Source of the DNA: Scyliorhinus canicula
Taxonomy: Eukaryota
Direction of reading: 5' to 3'
Length of the DNA stretch: 64,000 nt
NCBI RefSeq assembly: GCF_902713615.1
Contig: NW_024055441.1
Location: forward strand, 310,001 to 374,000
In this document: positions 36,373-48,149 of the stretch, piece by piece
Numbering within the stretch: position 1 is the first letter of the stretch
Layout of the letters: each line of letters begins with the position of its first letter
Notes under the pieces: model-generated
What the model saw: only the letters and a program-made list of their open reading frames with translations
The model's database searches: none
What the model was told of the DNA's origin: nothing
Translations under genes and position numbers: made by a program

Positions 36373-36960
36373 TAATGATTGTGAAGGGTTTGCTCCAGCT
36401 CACAATGCCCGAAGACTGATTGACGGCAGGTTCGGACCAATAGGAAGAGGGGGCGGGGCTGGAGGACCGAACAAGTGCGGTTGGTCCTCCAGCCAGAGTG
36501 AATGGGAGGCGGAGCAAAGCCGTTCCTCTCGCTCCCTCCGCATGCGCCCGGCCACCTGGGCCTGTCTCGGGGAAAAGCCCGAACAGCGATCGCCAATTGA
36601 ACTCCCGTATTCCAGCTTCGTAATCCGAATTTGGGGCCTACACGGAGTGTTTATGAAACCTCCCGACCCATCCACTGGCTCCATCCCTCCCTTATGACTC
36701 ACCCGACCTGAAATTGACCGGCTGAGAATTTCCACCCGACCGCCGAAATCCAAAACTATCATCGGCACTGCGCATGCTCCAATTTACGATGGTGATTGGG
36801 GCTCAGTCACGCCCCTGATTCACTCCGATTGGTTGGAGGAGCAGCTGGGTCCTCCAGTTCCGCCAGTCTCTTTCTATTGGTCCAGGGTTGCCGTCAATCA
36901 CTCCCCGGGCATGGTGATGTGGAGCATGCGCAGTGCCGATGCTGGACTCAGCCGGGAGGT
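36373..36960. promoter_or_regulatory. Inverted paralogue of the 18330-18930 promoter module
   Basis: Block-by-block reverse-complement similarity (NRF1, CCAAT and TGATTGACGG motifs). Confidence 0.65.
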
Positions 36961-39299
36961 TTCACCGGAATCAAACCCGCGTGAAATCACTGTGCCATCG
37001 TGGGGCACAGAAGCAGAGGTACCTACGTGTATATGTGCAGAAGTCATTAAAGGTGGTAGGATAGGTGAAGAGAACAGTTAAGGCATATGGGTCAGCACGG
37101 TAGCACAGTGGGTAGCACAGTGGCTTCACAGCTCCAGGTTCGATTCCCAGCTGGGTCACTGTCTGTGTGGAGTCGGCACGCTCTCCCTGTATCTGCATGG
37201 CTTCCCTCTGGGTGCTCCAGTTGTCTCCCACAATTCCCGAAATACGTGTTTGTTAGGTGAATTGCACATTCTGAATTCTACTTCCGTGAACCTGAATAGG
37301 TGCCAGAATGTGGTGACTTGGAGCTTTTCACAGTAACTTTGTTGCAGTGTTAATGTAAGCCTACTTGTTTCAATAAAAATTATTAAAGGTTATTATAATA
37401 CAGTATTCTATAATAAGGGCATAGAGTACAGTAGCAAGCTGGTTATGCTGAACTTATATGAGAGACTAGCTGGTTCTGGGTGCCACAGCACTGTACACAA
37501 TATTCCAACGGTGGTCCATGGTGGACTTCTTCCAACTAATAACAGGAGATCCAGGAACAGGTAACAATAGTTAATTTCAATTCAAGCATGGAGGGAACTA
37601 TCCCAGTGAAACATCTGTAGGAGCACCTTCCCCTGAACCAGATCTTTGACTTTCCCACCTAAATGTTTAGTATTACCTGGCTGGAGCTCAGAAAGGAAAA
37701 TTTGAAGAGCGGTGATCGTATGACATTGTCCACGAGCATGGTGACCATCCACATCTAGTCCCTTTTGGATAAAGTCAAACATAGTACTTATTCTCAATCT
37801 AGTTATCAGACTTCTTAAATTTTGTACCTGACACACTCATTTCCATAGTAACATAGATACCGTGCTTCCTTCCCTCAGTTCTGAATAGCCCATAAAAGAC
37901 TTGTTCTTCCCAATTTATCCAGACCATCATGTGGAACTTCCCAATTAGTCTTCCTGCTGCATGACTGGATTAGTTTGGACACAGGTTCAGGTGCTGATAA
38001 ACATCCTGGTGTTTCCTCAGCCACCAGAACTAATTATGAGCATATGGGGACATGAAAGACAAAAACACTCCCCCAATTTGATCCCTAAACAAAAAATCTT
38101 TTTGTAAGACATCAAGATGTGACCCAAATCGAATTAGAGCCTCTTTGTGATAGAAAACCTCATCATGTAGGATGGGTGAGTCCTTGCTGTGAGAGATAAG
38201 GGAAAGTCTATTACCTCTTTACCATTCTCACGCTAGGGTATGGATCCTGACAAGTGTTTTAAATCAGGTTTATCTGGAGTCTGTCATACCGGTGCCAATG
38301 ATTGTACTTTGGGTGGATCCCATGGACCTTCCTCTAGAGCAGCATTCCTGGTGAGTCAGACTGCCTGGTTATTACCATCACCCTCTTCACCAACTCCTGC
38401 TACTGATGTACCTTCACCTCGCAAATAACAACTAGTTCTGGACAATTACTAGCAACATCCGAAATCATTCAGAGTTTGGACTGGTGTGTGAGTGGTTTCC
38501 TTTCTGCTGTGGAGAAGCTGTGTGTTTTTTGCTAGATAAATATGTTTTCACTGAGAGTGTTACAACTAATGGAGCTTTCAGAATTGTGGTTGATTCTGTC
38601 AACAGTTTCAAGGGCAATAATAATGATGATGTCCTCAGATTGATAGGCTAAATGCTGTGATGGTGTGGAGTTTGCACATTCTCCCGTGTTTGCATGGGTT
38701 TCGCCCCCACAACCGAAAGATGTGCAGGCTGGGTAGATTAGCCACGCTAAATTGTCCCTTAATTGAAAAAATGAATTGGGTATTCTAAAAGAAAACGGGC
38801 AAATCATTTTTTTCCACAGGGGTGATTGTGACTATGAACAATCCAATTGGAAAACAGCAGATACACATTGTTCTCACTCTGCCAGCAGGGCTGTGGGATT
38901 CAATGAAGAGATCTTCCAAAGAGCCAGTACAAGTCTAATAAGACCATAAGACATAGGAGCGGAAGTAAGGCCAAACGACTTCCATTCATGCAGTATCATT
39001 CTGTGAAACACTGAATATTCAGTATCAGGAATAGAGAGAGAAAGCGAGAGGGACCAGTGACGGCGCGATTGAACCCAGCCAGAGTCAGTACCATGAGAGG
39101 AGGCAAGAGAGTAAACAGCATAGAAGCTTGAATACCTTTGCGTGGTCACACAAGAGAACACTGAGAAAACGGAACATAGTAGATCACCAATTCACAATTT
39201 GAGATTTTTAATTAATTAATCTCAAATCGTAACAAAGTTATTTGGTTGAGTGTTTCGGATTTGATTGGTAGGACTATTACCAATCATTCCCTGCGGTTG

Positions 39300-39720
39300 T
39301 GAATGTGCCCTATTCACTCCACAGGAGGCCAGTGAGCAGGCGCAGTGCTGTATCCGGAGCATGCGCAGTGGTGTCACGGTGCTTGCGCAGTGGTGTCTCC
39401 GGTGCATGCGCAGTCGAGGCTGTATCTGGAGCATGCGTATTGTCACTTTGTTCGGAGCACTGCCAGTGCGGGAGCGCCTTTGTGGTGGGTTAGAGTCGGT
39501 GGGGCGGAGTGAGTAATGGAGCTGTGAGTCCGGGTGGAGAGGGAACGGAGGCTTCATAAACACCTGGTACAGGCCCCACGGTCGGAATCAGATCCTGCAT
39601 GTCCCGAGTTTGCAGCTGCGGAGCTTCTATCCGGGAAAGGCCCAGTTCCAGCGGCGCCATCTCCGTTCAACAGGGAGCGGGGCGCATGCGCGGTCATTTT
39701 TGCGGAGCAGCAGATTCAGG
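39300..39720 (+). promoter_or_regulatory. ZNF-F promoter with tandem NRF1-like motifs
   Basis: GC(A/T)(T/G)GCG(C/T)A units at 39336, 39359, 39381, 39404 and 39431; perfect GCGCATGCGC at 39682-39691. Confidence 0.65.
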
Positions 39721-39786
39721 GTCCCAGTGACCAGGAGAGAAAATGTTTGAGTAAATGAAAGGTGCGAAATACGGGCGCCCTCTTTA

Positions 39787-39915
39787 TGTGATATGGAGAT
39801 GCCGGCGTTGGACTGGAGTGGACACGGTACAAAGTCTCACTCCATCGGGTTAAAGTCCAACAGGTTTGTTTTGAATGGCTAGCTTTCGGAGCACAGCTCC
39901 TTCCTCGGGTGAATG
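39787..39915 (-). mobile_element. Short Penelope terminal fragment
   Basis: Same 3' end as the other copies; hammerhead core CCGAGGA (mutated). Confidence 0.7.
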
Positions 39916-40217
39916 AGGAGAAATTTCTTCCCTCAGAGGGTGGATAGTTTTTGCAATTCTCTTCCCCAGAGAACAGTGGAGGCTGCATCATTAAATATAT
40001 TCGGAGCAGTGGGTGGAAAGTTACAGCATTTGGGGAATGAGATAGGAAAGCATGTTTCACAGTGTCAATTGTCTGTTCTGAATTTGTGAGCTGTACTGAC
40101 AGTGATGACATTTTTAATCTCCTTTAATAGAATATTAAAAGCAAGATCTGACGGCATCATTCGGCCATTTTACGATCAGTGTGACTGGAAAAGCACCGAG
40201 ACACGGACACCAGCACC

Positions 40218-40976
40218 ATGAGGAAACCATGGAAATGTGGAGATTGTGGGAAGGGATTCACTTTCCCATCTGAGCTGGAAACTCATCGACGTACTCACAC
40301 TGGGGAGAGACCGTTCACCTGCTCTCATTGTGGGAAGGGATTTACTAATTCGTCTGACTTGTTGAGACATCATCGAGTTCACTCTGGGAAGAGCCCATTC
40401 ACCTGCTCCATGTGTGGCAAAGGATTCAGAGATTCATCCAGCCTGCTAACACATCAGCGAGTTCATACCGGGGAGAAGCCATTTACCTGCTCAGTGTGTG
40501 GGAAGGAATTTACTAATTCATCCAACCAGCTGAGACATCAGCGAGTTCACACTGGGGAGAGACCATCCACCTGCTCCGAATGTGGGAAAGGATTCAGAGA
40601 TTCATCCTGCCTAATGGCACATCAGCAAATTCACACTGGGGTGAGACCATTCACCTGCTTACTGTGTGGGAAGGGATTCACTAATTCATCCAACCTGCTG
40701 ATACACCAGAGAGTTCACACTGGGGAGAGACCATTCTCCTGCTCTGTCTGTGGGAAGGGATTTACTATTTTATCCAACCTGCTGACACACCAGCGAGTTC
40801 ACACTGGAGAAAGACCATTCACCTGCTCCGTGTGTGGCAAGGGATTTACCAATTCATCTAACTTGCTGACACACCAGCGAGTTCACACTGATGAGAAGCC
40901 GTTTATCTGCTCCGTGTGTGGGATAGGATTCAGAAATGCATCCCATCTGCGGAGGCACCAGCGAGTTCACAAGTAA
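40218..40976 (+). CDS. C2H2 zinc-finger protein F, 252 aa, 9 fingers
   Basis: ACC ATG start, 9 x 28-aa fingers with TGE(R/K)PF-type linkers, TAA stop, family 3' UTR motif; acceptor at 40130/40131. Confidence 0.88.
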   Translation: MRKPWKCGDCGKGFTFPSELETHRRTHTGERPFTCSHCGKGFTNSSDLLRHHRVHSGKSPFTCSMCGKGFRDSSSLLTHQRVHTGEKPFTCSVCGKEFTNSSNQLRHQRVHTGERPSTCSECGKGFRDSSCLMAHQQIHTGVRPFTCLLCGKGFTNSSNLLIHQRVHTGERPFSCSVCGKGFTILSNLLTHQRVHTGERPFTCSVCGKGFTNSSNLLTHQRVHTDEKPFICSVCGIGFRNASHLRRHQRVHK

Positions 40977-41289
40977 TTAGAGGGGTTGGATTCTGCTGTT
41001 AATCACATCCAGGACTGAACCATGTTCACTCTGACATTTGGTGAACAGGGAAGGTCAGAGGGTTTCTCTCTGGACTGGTCGGTCTTCCAATTTTCACTCC
41101 AGTGGACTGATTCTCTTTGAGCAAGAGCACATTTCCACTGCAATGATCCGCAAATGCAGATATAGTACATTAATTTTATCCTGTTTAGTAAATATTCTTT
41201 TGCCTACCGCAAAAGGTGTCCTGTCTTGTCTTTCATCCATCCTCATTCCAAGTGTTGGCCGCTGTCTAGACAATCTTTCTCACTGATTT

Positions 41290-41715
41290 CTCCACTGCTG
41301 TTACTGCCTGTCCCATTGAGAGGCCAGTCCACATTCTGATACTATCCACCCAGGCCACCTTTGGGCTTTCCTTGTACACAGTGTCCAGGTGCCTGGCATT
41401 ACCTCTTTGTCCAAACACTCCCTTCCTATTCACAACACATGTCCAAAATACGTGAGCTTCCTTGATATCACTGCCTCAAACTGGTTCCTCTGAACACCAG
41501 CTTTCTCCAGCACCCACTCATTCGTCCACTTTGCCATCCATGACAGACAGAATATCCGTCTGAGTCCTTTCAATTCAAACACTTTTATTGGAGCCTCGTC
41601 CGGCTTCTTGATGCTGCAGCTTTCACAGCCGCACATTGTCACCGGCCACACAAGGGCTTCCAGAAGATGAATGTTCATTGTAACCCAGATGCTGCGACTG
41701 CTCCACACTCTTTAA
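41290..41715 (-). mobile_element. RTE (BovB-like) LINE 3' fragment
   Basis: LVWPVTMCGCES.SIKK.DE..IKVFELK.LRRI...W.AK.TNE.VL...RKLTYFGHV. Confidence 0.8.
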
Positions 41716-42159
41716 GTGAGATCACAACACCATGACCCTTCAGTCTGGCCTGAACATATTTGGTAGACTCTGGGGAGTGGGAAGTCAATTCAGTTCCAAA
41801 AACAAGTAGCAGGATAGAGAGTAAAGAAATAGTCCGGAACCTAAGTTCAGGAACTGCAGCCAATGGCAAAATGCCAATAAGTATAAGGGTGGGATGGTGG
41901 CACAGTGGTTAGCACTGCTGTCTCATGGCACCGGGGACCCGGGTACGATCCCGGCCGCGGGTCACTGTCCGTGTGGAGTTTGCACATTCTCCTTGTATCT
42001 GCGTGGGCCTCACTCGACCAATCCCAAAAGATATGCAGGGTACGTGGATTGGCCATGTTAAATTGCCCCTTAATTGGAAAAATAATTGTGTACTCTAAAT
42101 ATTAAAAAAATAACTACGGTGAGTATACTGGTTAAACCAAAAGAGGTAAATAATAAACA

Positions 42160-42860
42160 AGTGAATAAAGCAACAGTGCTGAGGGGCATGTTGGGGGTCT
42201 CGCCGAAGTAAGAGTTCGACAAACTAATGCACGGAGTGTAAGGAATAAACTAGATGAGGTGTAGGTGCAAATTCAAATTAAAGATTATGATGGAGTAGGT
42301 ATTACAGAGACATGGCTGCAGGATGGTCGGGACTGGGAACTAAATAAAGCTTACAGGAGGGACGGGGAAGATGGCAGAGAGGGCTGAGTAGCCTTACTGA
42401 TTAGATATACTGTCTCCTCTATGGTGAGGGAGGATAAATGGAGGGAATGAATCCAGTGGAGAGCATATCGGTGGAACTGAGGAACAGAAAAGGAACTAAA
42501 ACTGTAATGGGTGTTGTGCATCGATGCCCTGGTGCCAGATCTGAGGTGTTAGATTGTGTAAATGCAGAAATTAGGCATGTGTGTAACAAAGGCAGAGTAG
42601 TATTAATGGGGGATTTTAACTGACACATAGATTGGGAGAGGCAGACAAGCAGCTGTCAGAAAGGTGGTAAATTTCTGGAATGTGTCCGGGATAGTTTCCT
42701 GCAGCAATATGTTCCAGATGTAACAAGGGGACAGGCTATATTAGATTTAGTTCTGAGTAATGAATCATATTTAATTAGTAGACTAACTGTGCGGGAACAT
42801 TGATCAAATAGTGATCACAACATGACTGAATACAATGTTGGGTTTCAAAGTGAAAAACAC
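42160..42860 (+). mobile_element. CR1 LINE endonuclease-region fragment
   Basis: GITETWL and VESISVELRN.KG..T.MGV.....VLMGDFN motifs. Confidence 0.8.
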
Positions 42861-43120
42861 AAATCATCGCGACATGTGCTAGGCTCGGGCTGATTCAATT
42901 TAAGGTCGTTCACCGGGCCCATATGACGGTGGCTCGGATGAGCAAATTCTTCGGGATAGGGCACAAATGCGCTAGGTGCGCGGGAGGACCAGCGAACCAC
43001 GTGCACATGTTTTGGGCATATACTAAGCTGAGGGGGTACTGGGAGGGATTTGCGGGGGTCATGTCCTGCCGTCTGAGCCGCAAGGAAATGAGGTAAACAT
43101 GCTGCGTGACGAACAGAAAA

Positions 43121-43210
43121 GGGCTCGTCCGGGATTTGAACCCGGGACTTGTCGCAAATTTCGACACCGAGACACCCGAAGCGAGAATCATACCCCTAGA
43201 CCAACGAACC
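43121..43210 (-). tRNA. tRNA-Pro-CGG: tRNA-Pro(CGG) with an 18-nt intron
   Basis: GGTTCGTTGGTCTAGGGGTATGATTCTCGCTTCGGG[TGTCTCGGTGTCGAAATT]TGCGACAAGTCCCGGGTTCAAATCCCGGACGAGCCC; TTTT terminator adjacent; one anticodon-stem mismatch. Confidence 0.8.
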
Positions 43211-44180
43211 CCTCGAAAGCAAACAAATCAGAGTTAGGTTAGCATCAAATCAGAGAATAATGACACCACAGTATGAGGCCATTCCGGCCGCCGTGTCTGT
43301 GCCAGCTCTCTGTTAGCGCAATGGAAGAAACAAAGAAACAAAAGATATGTCTGGAGGAGCTATCGATGGCATATTGATCAACAACTACCGCCTGGACACA
43401 AAGAATAAGTGGAAACAAGATTGAAACCCAAATCTGCGATGTAAGGACACGCAAAATGGGTGCAGCATTTACAGTGTGAAACTGCTGAACACACACTGAG
43501 TGTGAAAGCTGTATTGAGCCCAGTGGAAAGATGCGCTGCTGTTCCTCGAGTGGCTGTTGAGCTTCTTTGGAACATTTCACGACGCCGAGGTCCGGGAGGT
43601 CAGCGTTAAGATCCGGCTCCCCAGTCAGTTCAATTCTCCACTTTGGCTCTGTGGATTAGATGGTTCACGTCCCTGTGGTTAACACAGATCTGGAGCATCA
43701 ATTTTATCCAAACGCACTCCAGCTCAGACACTGTCTCTCTCTCTCTCTCTCTCGAGCATCATCTGTGGGGAGAGAAACGACGTAAACATTCCGAGTCCTG
43801 AGAAATCTTTTTCAGAGTGGGCCAATGTAAATCAACCCCGCCGTCAGCATCGCAAACAATTCGTAATCTCTGACCTGGAGTAAAGAGCCTGTCCTGGATT
43901 TAAACCCACGACCACTCCCATAGGCATTGATTGAAAATCCTTAAACGAGAACCAGACCTCGAGACCAAAGAGCACAAATTTAAGACCGACATTCAGCAAA
44001 ATATAATTTATGTTAATTTCGATATAATTTCTACATCTCACGGCTTTATATGTTGAGACATCTGTTAATTTCAGACACAGCTGTCGCTTGCAACAAGGTA
44101 CCTGGCCTCTCAAACAGACCATCAGAATCTGCAGCAACACAGTGAGGTTGTACATTCCGCACGTCCTTTGCTTGCCAGCG

Positions 44181-44253
44181 GTTTCTGTAGTGTAGTGGTT
44201 ATCACATTCGCCTCACACGCGAAAGGTCCCCCGTTCGAAACCGGGCAGAAACA
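44181..44253 (+). tRNA. tRNA-Val-CAC: tRNA-Val(CAC)
   Basis: 73-nt Val body, loop CTCACAC, one T-stem mismatch. Confidence 0.85.
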
Positions 44254-45304
44254 TCGAACATTTAGCATTTCGTGTGAGAAAAGTTTGCACAATTATTGGG
44301 CACAAAATAATTCTGTTTCCTGAATGTTGCCGGAATCTCGTGTGTTCCAGGACTATGAGATTTCGTCTCACATGAGCCACTACACTGAATTGAACATTAA
44401 GGCCCAAGCACTGAATTTTCGGCAGGCAATGAGAGGTGAAGAATTTTCATATCTTGGCACAGCTCGGATATTAGCAGCTAGTTCATCCACAACAGAATTT
44501 CAGCGATTTACAAATGAACATATTTAATCACCATCTCAAACATGTCTAAATGTGTGACAAATGCAACTTACTGCGGATGCTTCAAACGGAAACAAAAACA
44601 GAAAATACTGGATAATCTCAGCAGGTCTGACAGCCTCTGGGGAGCGAAATGGCAGCTGTCGTTTCCAGTCAAGTGGACTCTTTGTCAAAGCTGGAGAACT
44701 GGAACTGGACATTCAGACGATTGTGGGTGGGGGGTGGGGGTGGTGGAGTGCTGTATTGGGTCTCGATAGAGGGCTAGCAATAGGTGGGAAATGACGAAAA
44801 TGTCTCGGGCAGAAAGAAAAAGGGAATGTAAATGAGGCTAATCAAGGCTATGAAAGGTGCTGATGGCGCATCAAGCGGTCAGAATGTGTTAATGGCAGAA
44901 CAAAGGTAAGCAGTGCGTCAGAGAACAATTACAAACAGGGATCAGATTGCTGAAGTAGGATGGTATGGGCTGGTGGGAGGGGGGCAATGCTGAGGGTAAA
45001 ACATATCAATGGAAGGGATGATGAGTTGATGGAAAAAACATGTGGTGAAGGGGGAAGTGAGAGTTCACAGTCTGAAGTTGTTGAACTGATAAAATGAAAG
45101 GGACAAAGAGCTGTCTGAGTCCACCAGAATTAGTCAATAGAAATGTGAATGCCCACCCATAGACAAGCTTCTCGGGAACGTATTGGTTCCACGCAGCTTG
45201 AGCTCAGCTTCTCAAAGCAAACCCAATGTGAATGAATCCCGCCGTCGACGCTGCAAAGAAATGAAGAAAACATGCGGTTTGACCAACGGGAAAACCTCAT
45301 CGAA

Positions 45305-45394
45305 GGGCTCCTCCGGGATTTGAACCCGGGATCTCTCGCAAATTCCGACAGAGATACACGCAAAGCGAGAATCATACCCCTAGACCAACCAGCC
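45305..45394 (-). pseudogene. Intron-containing tRNA-Pro body with TGC anticodon
   Basis: GGCTGGTTGGTCTAGGGGTATGATTCTCGCTTTGCG[TGTATCTCTGTCGGAATT]TGCGAGAGATCCCGGGTTCAAATCCCGGAGGAGCCC; two G.G mismatches in the acceptor stem. Confidence 0.75.
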
Positions 45395-45564
45395 CCGCGA
45401 AACGAAACAGAGCATACTGTCATTGCCATCGAAAATCAATCTAACATTTGCGGAGAACGCCAAAAGTACTGCAACATCTCAGGGAGTCAGGAGGCATTTG
45501 TCGACAGGACAACAAAGTTCGTCTTTCACCGTCACCTTTCATAAAAACCGGGGCAGGTTAGAAA

Positions 45565-45806
45565 TCAGAAGGGGGTTCAGTGCAGTTAGATTGCGAATAT
45601 ACAGACCGGACGATGTACCACATGCTATGGTATCAGCAAAAGCCGGCACAGCCGCCGAGATTGGTCATCATTAACATATTGACGATGAAGAAAGAGGAGA
45701 TCTCAGGACGATATCTGGGGGCTGCCAACAAGTCTAAAAAGAATGGTTACCTCAATATAAACGCGCTCAGTGTGGAGGACGGGGCGGTCTATTACTGTGC
45801 AATGAG
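45565..45806 (+). pseudogene. TCR alpha/delta-like V segment V1, 5'-truncated but open
   Basis: SEGGSVQLDC...WYQQKPAQPP...GRY...LNINALSVEDGAVYYCAM: both Cys, the Trp and the D-x-x-x-Y-Y-C motif; no leader upstream. Confidence 0.85.
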
Positions 45807-45845
45807 CAGAGTGTCACAAAGCAGCTACAACCACGTCCGAAAGCC
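45807..45845 (+). other. Degenerate 23-bp-spacer RSS of V1
   Basis: CAGAGTG, exactly 23 nt, CCGAAAGCC (consensus CACAGTG-23-ACAAAAACC). Confidence 0.7.
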
Positions 45846-46483
45846 TCAGAGAGTATTTTCAATTCCAGTAAATTTGCGTTCCTGCCCTTGTACCGGAGGA
45901 TGGTTTGATCTGGATTCAGAAAAATACTCAGGTCTATTTCTCCACAATTGCATTGCCGTCTCTGTCCTTGTATTGGTCAATAGAGGAGCCGTTTCGGATT
46001 CGTGAGATTAATCAGCATGTCGCGATGCACAGTAAATTTAAGCTTGGAATATCCACTTCCGAGCAGCAGTAATGAAAGTTCTCAGATGTGGGGATAATAA
46101 AATCTTCCAGGACCGTTAACTTAGGTCGACCTTATGCCAATGAGTCTGAGCTCCCAGTAGTCTTCAGCGGAACATCGACTTTCTGATCGAAAATACATCA
46201 AATCTATGTTGACATTTCCTGCTTTCTGTTATGGAGGTTCCCAGATAAGGGACGTGTTTCAACGAAAGTGTGGTGCTGTCCAAGTGAGTTCTGTAAAATC
46301 CACGGGCCTGTGATGATTCCACGTCTCACAAATGTCCATGCCCGCGGGACCATGTGTACGCTCCTTCCAGATATTTTCCGCACTGCCTCAGGGGACCAAT
46401 ATTGCCAGCATTCTCATTCGGTCCCTGGCAATCAGAGGATTGGCGGTCACTGTTGAAATTCACAGAGTTGTGATCCTGTTGTC

Positions 46484-46537
<54 letters not shown>

Positions 46538-46557
46538 CTCGATCCCACCCAGAGACG
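46484..46557 (+). tRNA. tRNA-Asn-GTT: tRNA-Asn(GTT)
   Basis: 74-nt canonical Asn body; T54 is C and there is one acceptor mismatch. Confidence 0.8.
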
Positions 46558-46639
46558 AATTGTTGTTCCACTCCTGGATTATATCTGTTTAGGACAGGGC
46601 TAAATCGCTGGCTTTGAAAGCAGACCAAGCAGGTCAGAG

Positions 46640-47485
46640 AGGCTGATCATTAAGCCCATCACCTCCATACTCCCGGAATGCCTTGCCCCACTTCAATTCG
46701 CATACCGTTGCAACCGGTCCACATCAGACGTCATTTCCCTGGCCTGACGCTCATCCCGAGAGCATTTCGAAAACAAGGACTCCTATTTATTGCCTACAGC
46801 TCCGCCTTCAACACCATAATCCCAGCCAAACTCATATCAAAGCTCCAAAACCTGGGACTTGGCACCCCCACTCTGCAACTGGATCCTTGACTTTCTGACC
46901 AACAGACCACAGTCAGTAAGAATGAACACCAACACCTCCTCAAAACTGTTGCCCCGCAAGGCTGGGTACTTAGCCCCCTACTCTACTCTCTGTACACACA
47001 CGACTGCGTGGCAAAACTTGGTTCCAACTCCATCTACAAGTTGGCTGACTATACGACCAGAGTGGGCCGGATCTCGAATAACGACGAGTCCGAATACAGG
47101 AGGGAGATAGAGAACCTAGTGGAGTGGTGTACCGACAACAATCTCTCCCTCAATGCCAGCAAAACTAAAGAGCTGGTCATCGACTTCAGGAAGCAAAGTA
47201 CACACCCCTATCAGCATCAACGGGGCCGAGGTGGAGATGGTTAGCAGTTTCCCCACTGTCACCAGACTCCGAAATGACTCTCTTATTGACTGACTGTGTG
47301 CTTCAACCGATGCCAATGCATATGTAGTTACATTGTATATCTTGTGTTGCCCTATTATGTAGTCCCATGTATTTTCTTGAAATTTGTTTAATTCCCTTTT
47401 CTTCCATGTACTGAATGATCTGTTGAGCTGCTTGCAGAAAAATACTTTTCACTGTACCTCGGTAATAAACAAATCCAATCCAATA
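46640..47485 (+). mobile_element. Rex1/Babar LINE, internally deleted
   Basis: Near-identical blocks to 52686-54067 with several deletions and the same tail. Confidence 0.85.
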
Positions 47486-47659
47486 ACCCGTCTTGCTCCA
47501 TTTTCACATAATAATAAATGGCGATGGTCTTTCTGACCGCCCTCTCGCATCCACCTTGAGAGATGAATATCACCGCCCCCCCCCCCCCCCCCCCCACCAC
47601 ACACACACACACATATACCCCTACCCCTCTTGGTGTCGGTTTGTTTCTGGGACCCACTG

Positions 47660-48149
47660 CCTTTCTGCTATAATGTGATTGACGGCACAGACACATATAG
47701 GGATCTCTATATTGTTGTGCTGGTATTTCTCTATATATGTGTCATATTGCGATCACTTCTACATTTGCTGCTGCGCAGATTCTCTCCAATCAGACGGAAT
47801 ATGAACCGTGCAGGCTGCCCGGATGCTGATTGTGTATCAGGATCGTCAGTATCGATTGTACTGCTGTGTGGCGTCAGTATCCTCTTCAACCCTCATTTCA
47901 GCGTCCAGATGTTCCACTGGGTCTTGGTGGCTCCAGTCTGATAGAAACGAACAGAAAACAATAATAATCTCAAAATTCAGAATCAGCCTCATTTTGACCA
48001 ACGTAACGGTCACCTGCACCATACTCATTATTATTTAATTAACAATAATATCTGGTCACTCAGTAAGGGGAGAATAGGGGTTTTGCATTGAAGGAAATAC
48101 TGAGTAGCGAGATCATAACGAGGAGGGTGACGAGGCGGTTCCCCGCGAT
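47660..48149 (-). pseudogene. Highly decayed TCR-like V gene V3 (leader exon 48149-48101, V exon from 47937)
   Basis: Leader IAGNRLVTLLVMISLL with a phase-1 GT donor; 163-nt intron with polypyrimidine tract and CAG; exon WSHQDPVEH...VEEDTDATQQYN, later QHPGQPARFI with indels. Confidence 0.6.

Noticed and set aside
3333-40976. KRAB, SCAN or BTB effector domains for the ZNF genes
   Set aside because: No such motif was recognised in any upstream exon or frame
47600-47670. An RSS for V3 (GGCAGTG followed by AGAAACAAACC on the minus strand)
   Set aside because: Neither a 12- nor a 23-nt spacer gives an acceptable nonamer
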